DNA from: Candidatus Kerfeldbacteria bacterium
Lineage (GTDB): Bacteria; Patescibacteriota; Patescibacteriia; UBA10025; JAHIVO01
Direction of reading: 5' to 3'
Assembly: GCA_016214565.1 (NCBI GenBank)
Contig: JACROE010000002.1
Coordinates: forward strand, 408,007-472,006
Length of the DNA: 64,000 bases
This document shows positions 1-8,787 of the stretch, piece after piece; positions within the stretch are counted from its first letter, which is position 1; each line of letters begins with the position of its first letter. A program made the translations under genes and the position numbers. The notes under the pieces were generated by a model. It saw only the letters and a list, made by a program, of their open reading frames with translations, was not told the DNA's origin and did no database searches.

Positions 1-121
1 CATGGACTTTATTATTGAAGCCCCCTTCAAATTATTAGTGGAAACGACCGAGGACTGGGTAAGCTTTCAGGAGCAGAAGAAAGAGGAAACATTTTAGGGA
101 AAGCTGATATTTTTTAACATA

Positions 122-151
122 AAAACACTCCTGCGCGAGCAGGAGTGTTTT
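122..151 (-). terminator. Intrinsic terminator downstream of pilin
   Basis: Perfect 13-bp stem aaaacactcctgc/gcaggagtgtttt with 4-nt loop, ending in a U-run on the minus strand. Confidence 0.8.
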
Positions 152-167
152 GCAAATATATCGTATG

Positions 168-617
168 TTATCGGCTAACCGTGATGGTGGTGGTGAGCTC
201 AGCGCTTGGAGCCGTAACCGTAACTCGTCCTGAAGTGGCATTCTGAGAAATCTGATAGCCAGAATTATAGGTGGTACAGTCAGTATAGCTGCCGGTCTGC
301 GGATCAGCCGGAATGGCGGTGACATAAATACCAGTCGTACCAACTAAATCATCGCAGATATCAATTCCGCCATTACTAACGGTGGTAGGAACAGCGGTAA
401 TGGCTGCGGGAACCTCACCATTATTATCAACGGCATATTGATGAACGGCATTCAAAATTGCATTCACATCATTCCAACGCTGGGCATTCCGCGCTTGAGC
501 AAATTGGCGTCCCGGATTGATGGCAATAATGACGATCGCCGCCAAAATACCAATGATTCCAATGACGACCAAAAGCTCTAAAAGGGTAAATCCATGAATT
601 TTTTTGCCTTTGTTCAT
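168..617 (-). CDS. Type IV pilin (prepilin N-terminal cleavage/methylation motif)
   Basis: KKIHG|FTLLELLVVIGIIGILAAIV class III signal; C-terminal Cys pair. Confidence 0.93.
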   Translation of the reverse strand: MNKGKKIHGFTLLELLVVIGIIGILAAIVIIAINPGRQFAQARNAQRWNDVNAILNAVHQYAVDNNGEVPAAITAVPTTVSNGGIDICDDLVGTTGIYVTAIPADPQTGSYTDCTTYNSGYQISQNATSGRVTVTAPSAELTTTITVSR

Positions 618-688
618 ACGTACCTTAATAAATTATTAATTGAATAGCTATAGTATACCATAACAAAAATTCTGGGCAATCGGTCAAT

Positions 689-1954
689 CTATCCGTTTGG
701 TCGTATCATTAATACAATCAAAAATACAATAATCAGACCAAAGAAAATCATCAATAATAATTTCGTTCGTTTTGATGTGCTGGGGGGTCCTGCATGCATC
801 GCACGCTGGGGAGCCGGCGTGGCCACGGGTAGATGAGTTGCCGTGCCCCGATGAAACCAGTGACCAACAGCTAGCCGACGGTGCGTCTCTTCATGCCGCA
901 ATAGATTAAGCCCCTGATGCAATCGAGTGTGAGTTGCCCCACGCAGGGCTAAGCCGGCAACCGTCGCATAGAGCACACGACGATTATCATCGGGAAATTG
1001 AGCTCGATTATAATTCAGACCGTGTAAGGGATTGCCGATGATGACGGGTAAACGAAGCTGATCATGAACATACCGATCCAACCCCGGCAATAAACTACTT
1101 CCGCCAACAAGGATTGCTTGGCTCACGGCGAAACCAGTCTTATGTTCATAATACAATATGGAGGTGCTAATACGTTCAATAATTTGATGTAACGGCTCGG
1201 CGAGCTCAGCAGCAGTTTGGATATTTACCAATCGTTCTCGTTTTAAACGCACCGCTTCCTCAGTGCTGATATTGCGACCGCGCATCAATGCCTGAGTAAA
1301 AGCATGCCCAGCCACCGGAACCGTATATGAATAGCGAATGCCATGACGGTCAAATATAGTTATGGTGCTCGCTCGCGACCCAATGTCAAGTATAAGCGTA
1401 GGTGGGACTGGCCCAGCAGGTATGATGGCGCGTGCCAAAGCCGCCGACTCAGGTTCGATGACAATCGGAGTAATCCCAGCCGCTAACAAAGAAGTGCGTA
1501 ATGTATCAACAATATCTCGAGCACACGCCACATAGACAACGTCAATACCCTCAGGTCCACGCGATAAAATCTGATAATCATGATATACCTGGTCGAACGC
1601 TAAGGGGAGCGTTTCCTCAGCCATAAATTGGACGGATTCGCCAATCCGATCTTCAGGAACAGCACCAGGAACGGTAAAAACATATAAATATAATTGTGTT
1701 TCCGGAATGGCAATAATGGCACGGTGTCCGCCATGGTGATCAACATTTGCCGACATAAGCAGCCGATGCACGGCACTCACGAATTTGTCCTTCATGTCCA
1801 CCCGGCCGTTTACCACCGTGCCGGACTCAAGCTCCACCCGGCCAGCGGTACGGATCAGAGGGCGCCCAAACCGACTACCAATTTCCATCAATTCAATGGA
1901 ATGATCGGAAAGATCGATGCCAAACGTACGTTGGGAAAAAGAAAATCGTGCCAT
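689..1954 (-). CDS. pilM: PilM-like pilus assembly protein with C-terminal TM extension
   Basis: FGIDLSD, LDIGSRAS and LVGGSSLLPGL actin-like motifs; next to pilC. Confidence 0.85.
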   Translation of the reverse strand: MARFSFSQRTFGIDLSDHSIELMEIGSRFGRPLIRTAGRVELESGTVVNGRVDMKDKFVSAVHRLLMSANVDHHGGHRAIIAIPETQLYLYVFTVPGAVPEDRIGESVQFMAEETLPLAFDQVYHDYQILSRGPEGIDVVYVACARDIVDTLRTSLLAAGITPIVIEPESAALARAIIPAGPVPPTLILDIGSRASTITIFDRHGIRYSYTVPVAGHAFTQALMRGRNISTEEAVRLKRERLVNIQTAAELAEPLHQIIERISTSILYYEHKTGFAVSQAILVGGSSLLPGLDRYVHDQLRLPVIIGNPLHGLNYNRAQFPDDNRRVLYATVAGLALRGATHTRLHQGLNLLRHEETHRRLAVGHWFHRGTATHLPVATPAPQRAMHAGPPSTSKRTKLLLMIFFGLIIVFLIVLMIRPNG

Positions 1955-1955
1955 A

Positions 1956-3167
1956 CTATTGCTGTAATGATCCGGTGAATTGATAAATAGGGGAAATAAT
2001 TGCCACTGCTAAAAATCCAAGTACTAACCCGATGATAATCAATAAGGTAGGCTCCAAAACAGTTGATAAATTTTTTGTAGCCGCATCAACTTCTTCTTCA
2101 TAAAAAGAAGCTAAGTAACCCAGGCTTGAATCAAGCTTACCCGTGCGCTCACCAACACCAATCATGCGAGTGGCCATGTCAGGAATATACTGGCTGGTGG
2201 CAAAAATTGAAGAAAGTGTCTGCCCCTTCTGTACACCGACCTGCGCCGACATCAGCAAATCACGATACACCGTATTTTCAATAGCCTGCGCCGTAATGCC
2301 CAGACTCTCATTTATCGTGATACCGCTCTTCAATAAAATGGAAACAATCCGGGTCAGTCGAGCAATATTTGCATTACGGATCAGTCGCTGCACGACTGGC
2401 ATCCGCAGGTACAAACGATGCATGACGCGGCGTACTGGAGGGGCAACCAGCGCCACGCGTAAACCAATGATGCATACGGCTGCTCCAGCCAACACATACC
2501 ATCCATAATCAACTAAAAATGTTGCAATGCTGAGAAAGACAACCGTGGTAGGCGGCAACGCAATCCTAAATGTATCAAATAATTGTACTAATTTAGGCAA
2601 TATGAAAATACTCAAACCAATCCCCAAGACAACCGTGGCCGAGAGGACAATACCAGGATATAGCAATGCTGATTTTACCTTCCGCTTAAGTTCATAATCT
2701 TTTTCTAATTCCGAAGCAATGTACTCGAGATTCTCCTCTAAAGTGCCACTCGCTTCACCGATACGAATCATGCCAACCATAATCGAGGTAAAGACGCGGG
2801 GATACCGGCTCATCGCGTCACCTAAACTTTTTCCATTTGATACGTCGCGAATGAGCTCTGCCACCACGCGCTGCATGGTTTGGCTGGCATTTTGTCCCTG
2901 AATAGTATCAAGTGATTCAACCAATGAAAGGCCGGCTCGAAGCATAATCGCTAAATGGCGGGCAAAAATCACTTTATCCAGCGCGCCAACCCGCCCACCC
3001 AATCCACTAGTATTAGTCAATGAAAAGCCGCCGGTCGCTGGAGCAATCGAAAGTATAGATAAATTTCTCTGGCGTAATTGTTGCGCCACATCGGTAGCCG
3101 TGTCTGCGGCCAGCGTTCCCCGCTGAACAATGCCTCGTGGCGTAGTTGCGATATAGCGATAGTCCAT
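1956..3167 (-). CDS. pilC: Type IV pilus platform protein PilC/GspF
   Basis: FARHLAIMLRAGLSL, IGEASGTLE, VGERTGKLD, LEP motifs. Confidence 0.93.
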   Translation of the reverse strand: MDYRYIATTPRGIVQRGTLAADTATDVAQQLRQRNLSILSIAPATGGFSLTNTSGLGGRVGALDKVIFARHLAIMLRAGLSLVESLDTIQGQNASQTMQRVVAELIRDVSNGKSLGDAMSRYPRVFTSIMVGMIRIGEASGTLEENLEYIASELEKDYELKRKVKSALLYPGIVLSATVVLGIGLSIFILPKLVQLFDTFRIALPPTTVVFLSIATFLVDYGWYVLAGAAVCIIGLRVALVAPPVRRVMHRLYLRMPVVQRLIRNANIARLTRIVSILLKSGITINESLGITAQAIENTVYRDLLMSAQVGVQKGQTLSSIFATSQYIPDMATRMIGVGERTGKLDSSLGYLASFYEEEVDAATKNLSTVLEPTLLIIIGLVLGFLAVAIISPIYQFTGSLQQ

Positions 3168-3195
3168 AATAAAAACCCTCCCAAAAACTTCTTCG

Positions 3196-4887
3196 TTAGG
3201 TATTGGCCGCCCTTAAAACCTCGTCAACCGTGGTAATACCTCGTTTTGCCTTTTCCAGACCATCATCAAGCATAGTGCTCATCCCCTCGGCTATCGCCGC
3301 CTGGCGGATCACGTCGCTGTTTGCCCGTTGCATAATTAATTGCCGTATACGCTCCGTCATTTCGAGGACTTCAAAAATACCGACGCGCCCCTCAAAGCCA
3401 GTGTTATTGCACAACGCACATCCCTTGCCCCGATACAAACGAAATCCTTTTTCAGAAAAGCCAATTGCCTGCGCACGCGCCTCCCCAAGCAAGCTGGCAT
3501 AGCGCGACAATTCGACTGAATCTGGCGTATAGCTCTCAATGCACCCACGATGAATCTTGCGTACCAAGCGCTGAGCTAAAGCAACGTTTACCGTTGACGC
3601 AATCAAAAAAGGTTCGATTTTCATATCCAGCAGTCGGGGCAAGGTAGTCGGCGCGTCATTAGTGTGCAGCGTAGACAACACGAGGTGACCGGTCATAGCC
3701 GCATTGATGGCGATGCTGGCAGTCTCTTCATCTCGAATTTCACCCACCATAACAATATCAGGGTCTTGGCGGAGAATTGACCGCAAGCCAAGCGCAAACG
3801 TGAGATTGGTTTTTGAATCAACCTGTATCTGATTAACGCCATCAATATCATATTCGACCGGGTCTTCAATGGTAGAAATATTTACTTCACGCGTATTCAA
3901 AATTTTTAATAACGCATACAGGGTGGTGGTTTTACCGCTACCCGTGGGCCCGGTAGCTAAAATCATTCCGTGCGGCCGACGCACCGTCAGTTCAAGCTTA
4001 CGCATATCCGATTCGTTCATCCCCAGCTCTACCAGACTGAACTGACGGGATTTCTCGGTTAAGAGCCGCATCACAACTTTTTCTCCATCAGAAACAGGGA
4101 TGACTGAGACGCGGACGTCTACCTGCTCATCTTCGGTCGGGAAATCAAGGCGACCATCCTGAGCGGCCCGATGTTCATCCGTCCGCAGTTTGGCCATGAT
4201 TTTTATGCGAGTGATGATAAACGCATGCAATTCCTTGGGCAGCGTCACCACATCATGGAGAATGCCATCGATACGAAATCGGATGACCACTGATTCCTCG
4301 TGCGGTTCAATGTGCACATCGGAAGCCTTATTTTCATAGGCATAATGCAGAATTGTATCAACAATTCGCGTGATCGGCAGTTCGCGATTGGCCGCTGGCG
4401 TACCTTGCGCCGCCGCGACATTATGTTGAATAATATCATCAAAAGCCTCGGTCAACTCCTTGCGATAAAACTTCAACGCGTCATTAATATTGCGCACCGT
4501 AGTATAGTGCGGGATGACGCGATGGCCTGTTTTTTTCTCAATAAAATATTTCAGCTCCTCATTAGTTGGATCAACCATGGCGACCTTGAGGCCGTCACCG
4601 GTTTGCTCAAATGCGAGGAGGCGTTGGCGTTTTGCCACCAGCTCAGGAATGACCCGCAAAACCGAATCAGGAATCTGTTTGGTCGTCACGTTGACGTACG
4701 GTACGCTATATAGATCCGCGATAATTTGGCCGAGGTTTTCATCGCTGACTAATTCAGCTTCAACCAATTCCTGCTCAACCGAAGTATGGTGTTCACGCGC
4801 ACGCGCCACAGCCGAACTAAACTGATCCTCAGTAATAAGTTCAGCGGCAAGTAATTCACGCTTCAGCTGTTCCTGATCAAGCGCCAT
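3196..4887 (-). CDS. pilB: PilB/GspE extension ATPase
   Basis: Walker A GPTGSGKTT, TIEDPVEY, LRQDPDIVMVGEIRD, LSTLHTND; likely start MALDQ (ORF track extends to 4920). Confidence 0.93.
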   Translation of the reverse strand: MALDQEQLKRELLAAELITEDQFSSAVARAREHHTSVEQELVEAELVSDENLGQIIADLYSVPYVNVTTKQIPDSVLRVIPELVAKRQRLLAFEQTGDGLKVAMVDPTNEELKYFIEKKTGHRVIPHYTTVRNINDALKFYRKELTEAFDDIIQHNVAAAQGTPAANRELPITRIVDTILHYAYENKASDVHIEPHEESVVIRFRIDGILHDVVTLPKELHAFIITRIKIMAKLRTDEHRAAQDGRLDFPTEDEQVDVRVSVIPVSDGEKVVMRLLTEKSRQFSLVELGMNESDMRKLELTVRRPHGMILATGPTGSGKTTTLYALLKILNTREVNISTIEDPVEYDIDGVNQIQVDSKTNLTFALGLRSILRQDPDIVMVGEIRDEETASIAINAAMTGHLVLSTLHTNDAPTTLPRLLDMKIEPFLIASTVNVALAQRLVRKIHRGCIESYTPDSVELSRYASLLGEARAQAIGFSEKGFRLYRGKGCALCNNTGFEGRVGIFEVLEMTERIRQLIMQRANSDVIRQAAIAEGMSTMLDDGLEKAKRGITTVDEVLRAANT

Positions 4888-5284
4888 TCGGGTCAGCCAG
4901 GTAGTGATTAACCTTATCAACGAGGTCCATGAGCCCTACGTCTGATTTCACTAAATAATCAACGGCGCCAAGAGCCGTACCGCGCGCCCGATCTGATTCT
5001 TGGCCGAGGTTAGACAGAATAACGACGGGGATATCTTTGGTTCCATCTTTGAGCTTCAGTTCCTCAAGTACAGCAAACCCGTCTTTTCCGGGAAGCATAA
5101 GATCAAGCAAGATAATATCCGGGCGTTCCGTCTCGGCCTTGCGGAGCGCTTCATCACCAGAAATAGCTACCGACACATTGAAACCACTATTGCGAAGCTT
5201 ATTACTGTAAATCTTCAGTAATGATTGCTCATCTTCGACCAATAAGATATTCTTTGTAATTGGCATATGTTTAATCCTGTTCAA
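4877..5284 (-). CDS. Single-domain response regulator (receiver only)
   Basis: ILLVEDE, PDIILLDLMLP, LSN, DYLVKS; start may be MPITK. Confidence 0.9.
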   Translation of the reverse strand: MNRIKHMPITKNILLVEDEQSLLKIYSNKLRNSGFNVSVAISGDEALRKAETERPDIILLDLMLPGKDGFAVLEELKLKDGTKDIPVVILSNLGQESDRARGTALGAVDYLVKSDVGLMDLVDKVNHYLADPNGA

Positions 5285-6110
5285 TGGGTAAGGTGAAATA
5301 TACTGTGGTACCCTTATTTTCCTTAGAGTCTAGCCAGATTTCTCCGCCGTGAGCAGTGACAATCATACGCGCGAGAAAAAGGCCAATACCTGAACCCTGG
5401 GTGTTTTTTTGAATCACATTTTTCCCCCGAGTAAACTTAGTAAACACCTCATCCAATTGATCCTGCGGTACACCTACGCCGTTGTCTGCAACAGAAAAAC
5501 GAATGGCACCATCGCGCTGCTCAAGCGTGATAACCGCTCGGCCCTTACCATTAGTATATTTTATCGCGTTAGTTAAAATATTCTCAATGACTTGTCGCAG
5601 TTTAATCCGATCAGCCTGCACCGACGGCAAAGCCGAGGCGGGCGGCGTATAGACCAGCTCGCAATTTGAAGCTCGTGCCAATGGGGTTAATTTGCTAACC
5701 TCCTCGGCAACTAATTCCTCGAGTTGTATCCGTTCTAAATGAATAATCAGTTTATCGATGTCGAGACGAACGACCTCAAGATAATCATTCACTAATTTAA
5801 TGGTGTCATGATTGATATCAAGGGCTTCCTGCAGATACTCCTTTTGTCCGTCATTGAGAGGTCCCTGATCGCCCGTTAAAACACCTTCAAGATACCCCTT
5901 AATCACAGAAAGCGGGGTTCGCAATTGATGGCTGATGATCGAAATAAATGCCGAACGGCGATTGTCAGCCTTTTGTCGCTCAATTTGACGGATGCGGTAC
6001 ATCCGTCTGTAGAAGTACCCGGCACACCCAATCGCACCAACCAACAGTATCAATAAAACAATAGTTAACGACGACATACTTTTATATAAAAAGTAGGTTA
6101 AAAATAACAC
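5271..6110 (-). CDS. Histidine kinase (one TM + HisKA + HATPase)
   Basis: SHQLRTPL H-box, NAIKYT N-box, DNGVG and GSGIGL G-boxes; exact start uncertain. Confidence 0.92.
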   Translation of the reverse strand: MLFLTYFLYKSMSSLTIVLLILLVGAIGCAGYFYRRMYRIRQIERQKADNRRSAFISIISHQLRTPLSVIKGYLEGVLTGDQGPLNDGQKEYLQEALDINHDTIKLVNDYLEVVRLDIDKLIIHLERIQLEELVAEEVSKLTPLARASNCELVYTPPASALPSVQADRIKLRQVIENILTNAIKYTNGKGRAVITLEQRDGAIRFSVADNGVGVPQDQLDEVFTKFTRGKNVIQKNTQGSGIGLFLARMIVTAHGGEIWLDSKENKGTTVYFTLPIEQD

Positions 6111-6189
6111 GAAAAAGTGTTTTTGTCAACGAACATCATAACCTGTCCCTCAAGAATATTCTTTTCCAATCGCTGTATGATTCTGGATA

Positions 6190-6218
6190 TTGACGAAATG
6201 GCGTTTCCATGCTACAAT
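6190..6218 (+). promoter_or_regulatory. Sigma70-type promoter upstream of pilT
   Basis: TTGACG-17nt-TACAAT with TGn extension. Confidence 0.6.
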
Positions 6219-6391
6219 GATGATAGTTAAAACAAAAATAAAAACTATGTCATATCATTTAACCGAACGTTTTTCGTTTACGACTCCTGTTTTTTCAAAA
6301 AACCTCGGCCATGACATCTACTATGCACGTAAAGACAATCGTCCGCTGCTCATCATGCTTGTGCTGAAGCGGCTTTTAACCACACCTTTGT

Positions 6392-7447
6392 ATGGCAAAA
6401 ATCGACGACATATTTAATAAAGCAATCGGGCGCGGCGCCTCAGACATCCACCTGACGGTTGATCGAAAACCAATTTTTCGGGTTGACGGAGAATTAGCCG
6501 AAATGAACGGTGACGTCAAACCGCTAACCGCCAAAGCGCTGCAAGAGATGATTTTTGAAATCCTCACTGACAAGCAGCAACAAATTTTGTTACATGAGCG
6601 TGAGCTCGATTTTTCATACGAAATTAATAACCACGGACGGTTCCGGGTCAATTGTTTCTGGGAACGAGATAACATTGCTCTGGCGGCGCGTATTATTTCG
6701 GGAGTCATCCCAGCTATGCAAGATCTGTTAATGCCAGAAATCGTGTACGACTTGATGCGTATGAAACAAGGTCTCGTGCTGGTAACAGGCCCAACCGGCA
6801 GCGGTAAGTCAACCACGCTGGCGGCTATGATTAATCTGATAAACCAGGAGCGAGCGGCGCACATCGTCACCCTCGAGGATCCAATTGAATTTGTCTACCC
6901 ACCTAATTCGGGGAAAAGCCTGATTGTCCAACGCCAATTATCATCAGACATGCTGTCGTTTGCCAGCGCCCTGAAGCACGTACTGCGCCAAGACCCCAAT
7001 GTCATTCTGGTCGGTGAAATGCGTGATTTGGAAACGATTGGCACAACGATTACGCTAGCCGAAACAGGGCATTTGGTGCTAGCCACCCTCCACACCTATA
7101 ATGCCGGCCAAACCGTTGATCGTATCATCGACGTATTCCCACCCCACCAACAGCCTCAAGTTCGACTTCAATTATCCCTCTTCCTCAAAGGCATCATTTC
7201 TCAACAGCTTTTGCCCAAAATCGGCGGAGGGCGTATTGCTGCCAGAGAAATTCTTATCAATAATCACGCGATTGGAAACCTCATCCGGGAAAACAAGATT
7301 CCCCAGATTAAAACAGTTATCCAGACCAGTGCTGACGAGGGAATGTTTACGATGGACCAAGATCTGAAACGATTATACGAGGACGGATTTATTGAAAAAG
7401 ACATCGCCAAAAGCTACATGGCCACGCCTCAAGCTCTCGACGCTTGA
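6392..7447 (+). CDS. pilT: PilT/PilU retraction ATPase
   Basis: ASDIHL, GPTGSGKSTT, TLEDPIEF, LRQDPNVILVGEMRD, AIGNLIRE. Confidence 0.93.
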   Translation: MAKIDDIFNKAIGRGASDIHLTVDRKPIFRVDGELAEMNGDVKPLTAKALQEMIFEILTDKQQQILLHERELDFSYEINNHGRFRVNCFWERDNIALAARIISGVIPAMQDLLMPEIVYDLMRMKQGLVLVTGPTGSGKSTTLAAMINLINQERAAHIVTLEDPIEFVYPPNSGKSLIVQRQLSSDMLSFASALKHVLRQDPNVILVGEMRDLETIGTTITLAETGHLVLATLHTYNAGQTVDRIIDVFPPHQQPQVRLQLSLFLKGIISQQLLPKIGGGRIAAREILINNHAIGNLIRENKIPQIKTVIQTSADEGMFTMDQDLKRLYEDGFIEKDIAKSYMATPQALDA

Positions 7448-7503
7448 AATCAAAGTAATTACGCGCTACTATTGACCATACCAATCATCTCGATAGGGTA
7501 AGG

Positions 7504-7532
7504 TTGCTTTTATACGCCGCGCGTGCTAGAGT
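7504..7532 (+). promoter_or_regulatory. Promoter of the tRNA cluster
   Basis: TTGCTT-17nt-TAGAGT with TGn extension, just upstream of the partial tRNA copy. Confidence 0.5.
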
Positions 7533-7550
7533 TGCCTGATTCTATTCACC

Positions 7551-7904
7551 CGCGCCCGTAGCTCAACCCCGACGCTTCAGTCGGGGCTCCGACCTCCTAC
7601 GGGAGCGTCGGAGCGGATAAAAATTATGCGTGGCTACGTCTACATATTGCGAGATAATAAAGGTAAACTATACATCGGCAGTACGATTGATCTCAACCGA
7701 CGTTTGACTCAACATCAGGTAGGCCACACGAAAACAACCCACCGAATGATTGAGCCAAAACTTGTATTCAAACAACTGTTCTCTACAATTGCTGAAGCCC
7801 GACGCACCGAACGAAAACTGAAAGCGTGGAAGCGTAAAGATTATATTGAAAAAATAATTGAAGACGGATATATTAGGATTACTCTTGCGCGCCCGTAGCT
7901 CAAC
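7551..7904 (+). mobile_element. Putative GIY-YIG cassette inserted in tRNA-Arg, bounded by 17-bp direct repeats
   Basis: cgcgcccgtagctcaac at 7551-7567 and 7888-7904; two hairpins 7567-7614; nuclease ORF between. Confidence 0.65.
7626..7898 (+). CDS. Small stand-alone GIY-YIG nuclease (UPF0213-like)
   Basis: YVYIL...LYIGST.DL.RRL.QH...EARRTERKLK. Confidence 0.9.
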   Translation: MRGYVYILRDNKGKLYIGSTIDLNRRLTQHQVGHTKTTHRMIEPKLVFKQLFSTIAEARRTERKLKAWKRKDYIEKIIEDGYIRITLARP

Positions 7905-7963
7905 GGATAGAGTGCTGGTCTTCGGAACCAGTGATGGGGGTTCGATTCCCTCCGGGCGCACCA
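7889..7963 (+). tRNA. tRNA-Arg(TCG)
   Basis: Cloverleaf; acceptor gcgcccg/cgggcgc; anticodon loop cTTCGga in stem ctggt/accag; TTCGA T-loop; encoded CCA. Confidence 0.95.
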
Positions 7964-7989
7964 AGCGACCGAGCGAACAGATTACTATC

Positions 7990-8066
7990 GGACGATTAGC
8001 TCAGTTGGTTAGAGCGCCTCGTTTACACCGAGGAGGTCGTAGGTTCGACTCCTACATCGTCCACCA
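7990..8066 (+). tRNA. tRNA-Val(TAC)
   Basis: Cloverleaf; stem cctcg/cgagg, loop ttTACac; encoded CCA. Confidence 0.95.
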
Positions 8067-8096
8067 CGAACGACAACTAACGGTTATCAATAACTT

Positions 8097-8348
8097 ATGC
8101 AATACGTCCTTGGCTTTATCATGATCGGTATCGGCTTCGTCATCACCTGGAAGGCTGACTGGCTGGTCAATAATTTTGGCAGAGTCGCCTGGGCCGAAGA
8201 ACATCTGGGTATGGACGGTGGCACCCGTCTATTCTGGAAATTAATTGGCATTATTGTTATTATCGGTTCATTCTTGTATATGACTGGTGCGCTGCAGGCA
8301 ATCATCCGTGGCATATTTGGCAGCTCATTTTCTTCGGTCAGCAGCTAG
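8097..8348 (+). CDS. Small membrane protein (2 TM)
   Basis: 83 aa, two hydrophobic segments around FGRVAWAEEHLG. Confidence 0.75.
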   Translation: MQYVLGFIMIGIGFVITWKADWLVNNFGRVAWAEEHLGMDGGTRLFWKLIGIIVIIGSFLYMTGALQAIIRGIFGSSFSSVSS

Positions 8349-8514
8349 AAAACGAGACGCGTAGCAATACGGCCAATCAATAAATTTGAAAGGTCAATGG
8401 CAACACTCAATACCCGAGCCTGACCATAGGGCGGGCGAGGGAGAGGGGCAATGATGCCAAGGGTGCAGTGGACAGCGTCAGCTGTACGCGAAACCCGCAG
8501 CATCATTGAGACGA

Positions 8515-8590
8515 GGGCCCTTAGCTCATTTGGTAGAGCGCCGCGTTTGCAACGCGGAGGTGACCGGTTCGAGCCCGGTAGGGTCCACCA
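8515..8590 (+). tRNA. tRNA-Ala(TGC)
   Basis: Cloverleaf; G3-U70 pair; loop ttTGCaa; encoded CCA. Confidence 0.95.
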
Positions 8591-8624
8591 AAAAACTCCT
8601 CAACATTTCGTGAAGGAGTTTTTT
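8590..8624. terminator. Bidirectional terminator
   Basis: aaaaaactcct/aggagtttttt stem between convergent units. Confidence 0.7.
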
Positions 8625-8637
8625 GTTTTTCTAATTG

Positions 8638-8781
8638 TTAGACGGTTTCGTCTTCCAATTCCTCAGGATTTTCCTCGTCTTCTCCGGTGAAGGTTGGCTC
8701 GGCGCCCATTCCATCTCCTTCCCCTTCGCCATAAAAATCACGATTGATATCGTCAGACGTAGGTCGCACGGGAATTCCCAT
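8638..8781 (-). CDS. Small acidic protein (47 aa), not in ORF track
   Basis: Manual translation MGIPVRPTSDDINRDFYGEGEGDGMGAEPTFTGEDEENPEELEDETV*; fills the gap between the ligase-like gene and the terminator. Confidence 0.55.
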   Translation of the reverse strand: MGIPVRPTSDDINRDFYGEGEGDGMGAEPTFTGEDEENPEELEDETV

Positions 8782-8787
8782 AAAGCA

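Noticed and set aside
6190-6417. 75-aa ORF or riboswitch upstream of pilT
   Set aside because: The ORF starts inside the promoter and has no recognisable features; no c-di-GMP riboswitch consensus was seen.
7920-7926. tRNA-Arg with UCG anticodon as evidence of recoding
   Set aside because: UCG is a known alternative to ACG/ICG in several bacterial lineages, and conserved genes translate normally with TGA as stop.
8380-8500. Group I intron or RNase P fragment (caatacccgagcc, aagggtgcag resemble conserved elements)
   Set aside because: No convincing P7/R-S pairing, no GAGGAAAGUCC, and no interrupted exon; kept only as an unexplained structured region.
7668-8690. ORFs 7668-7964(-), 7858-8124(+) and 8451-8690(+)
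   Set aside because: They are translations across tRNA genes or antisense to the GIY-YIG gene.
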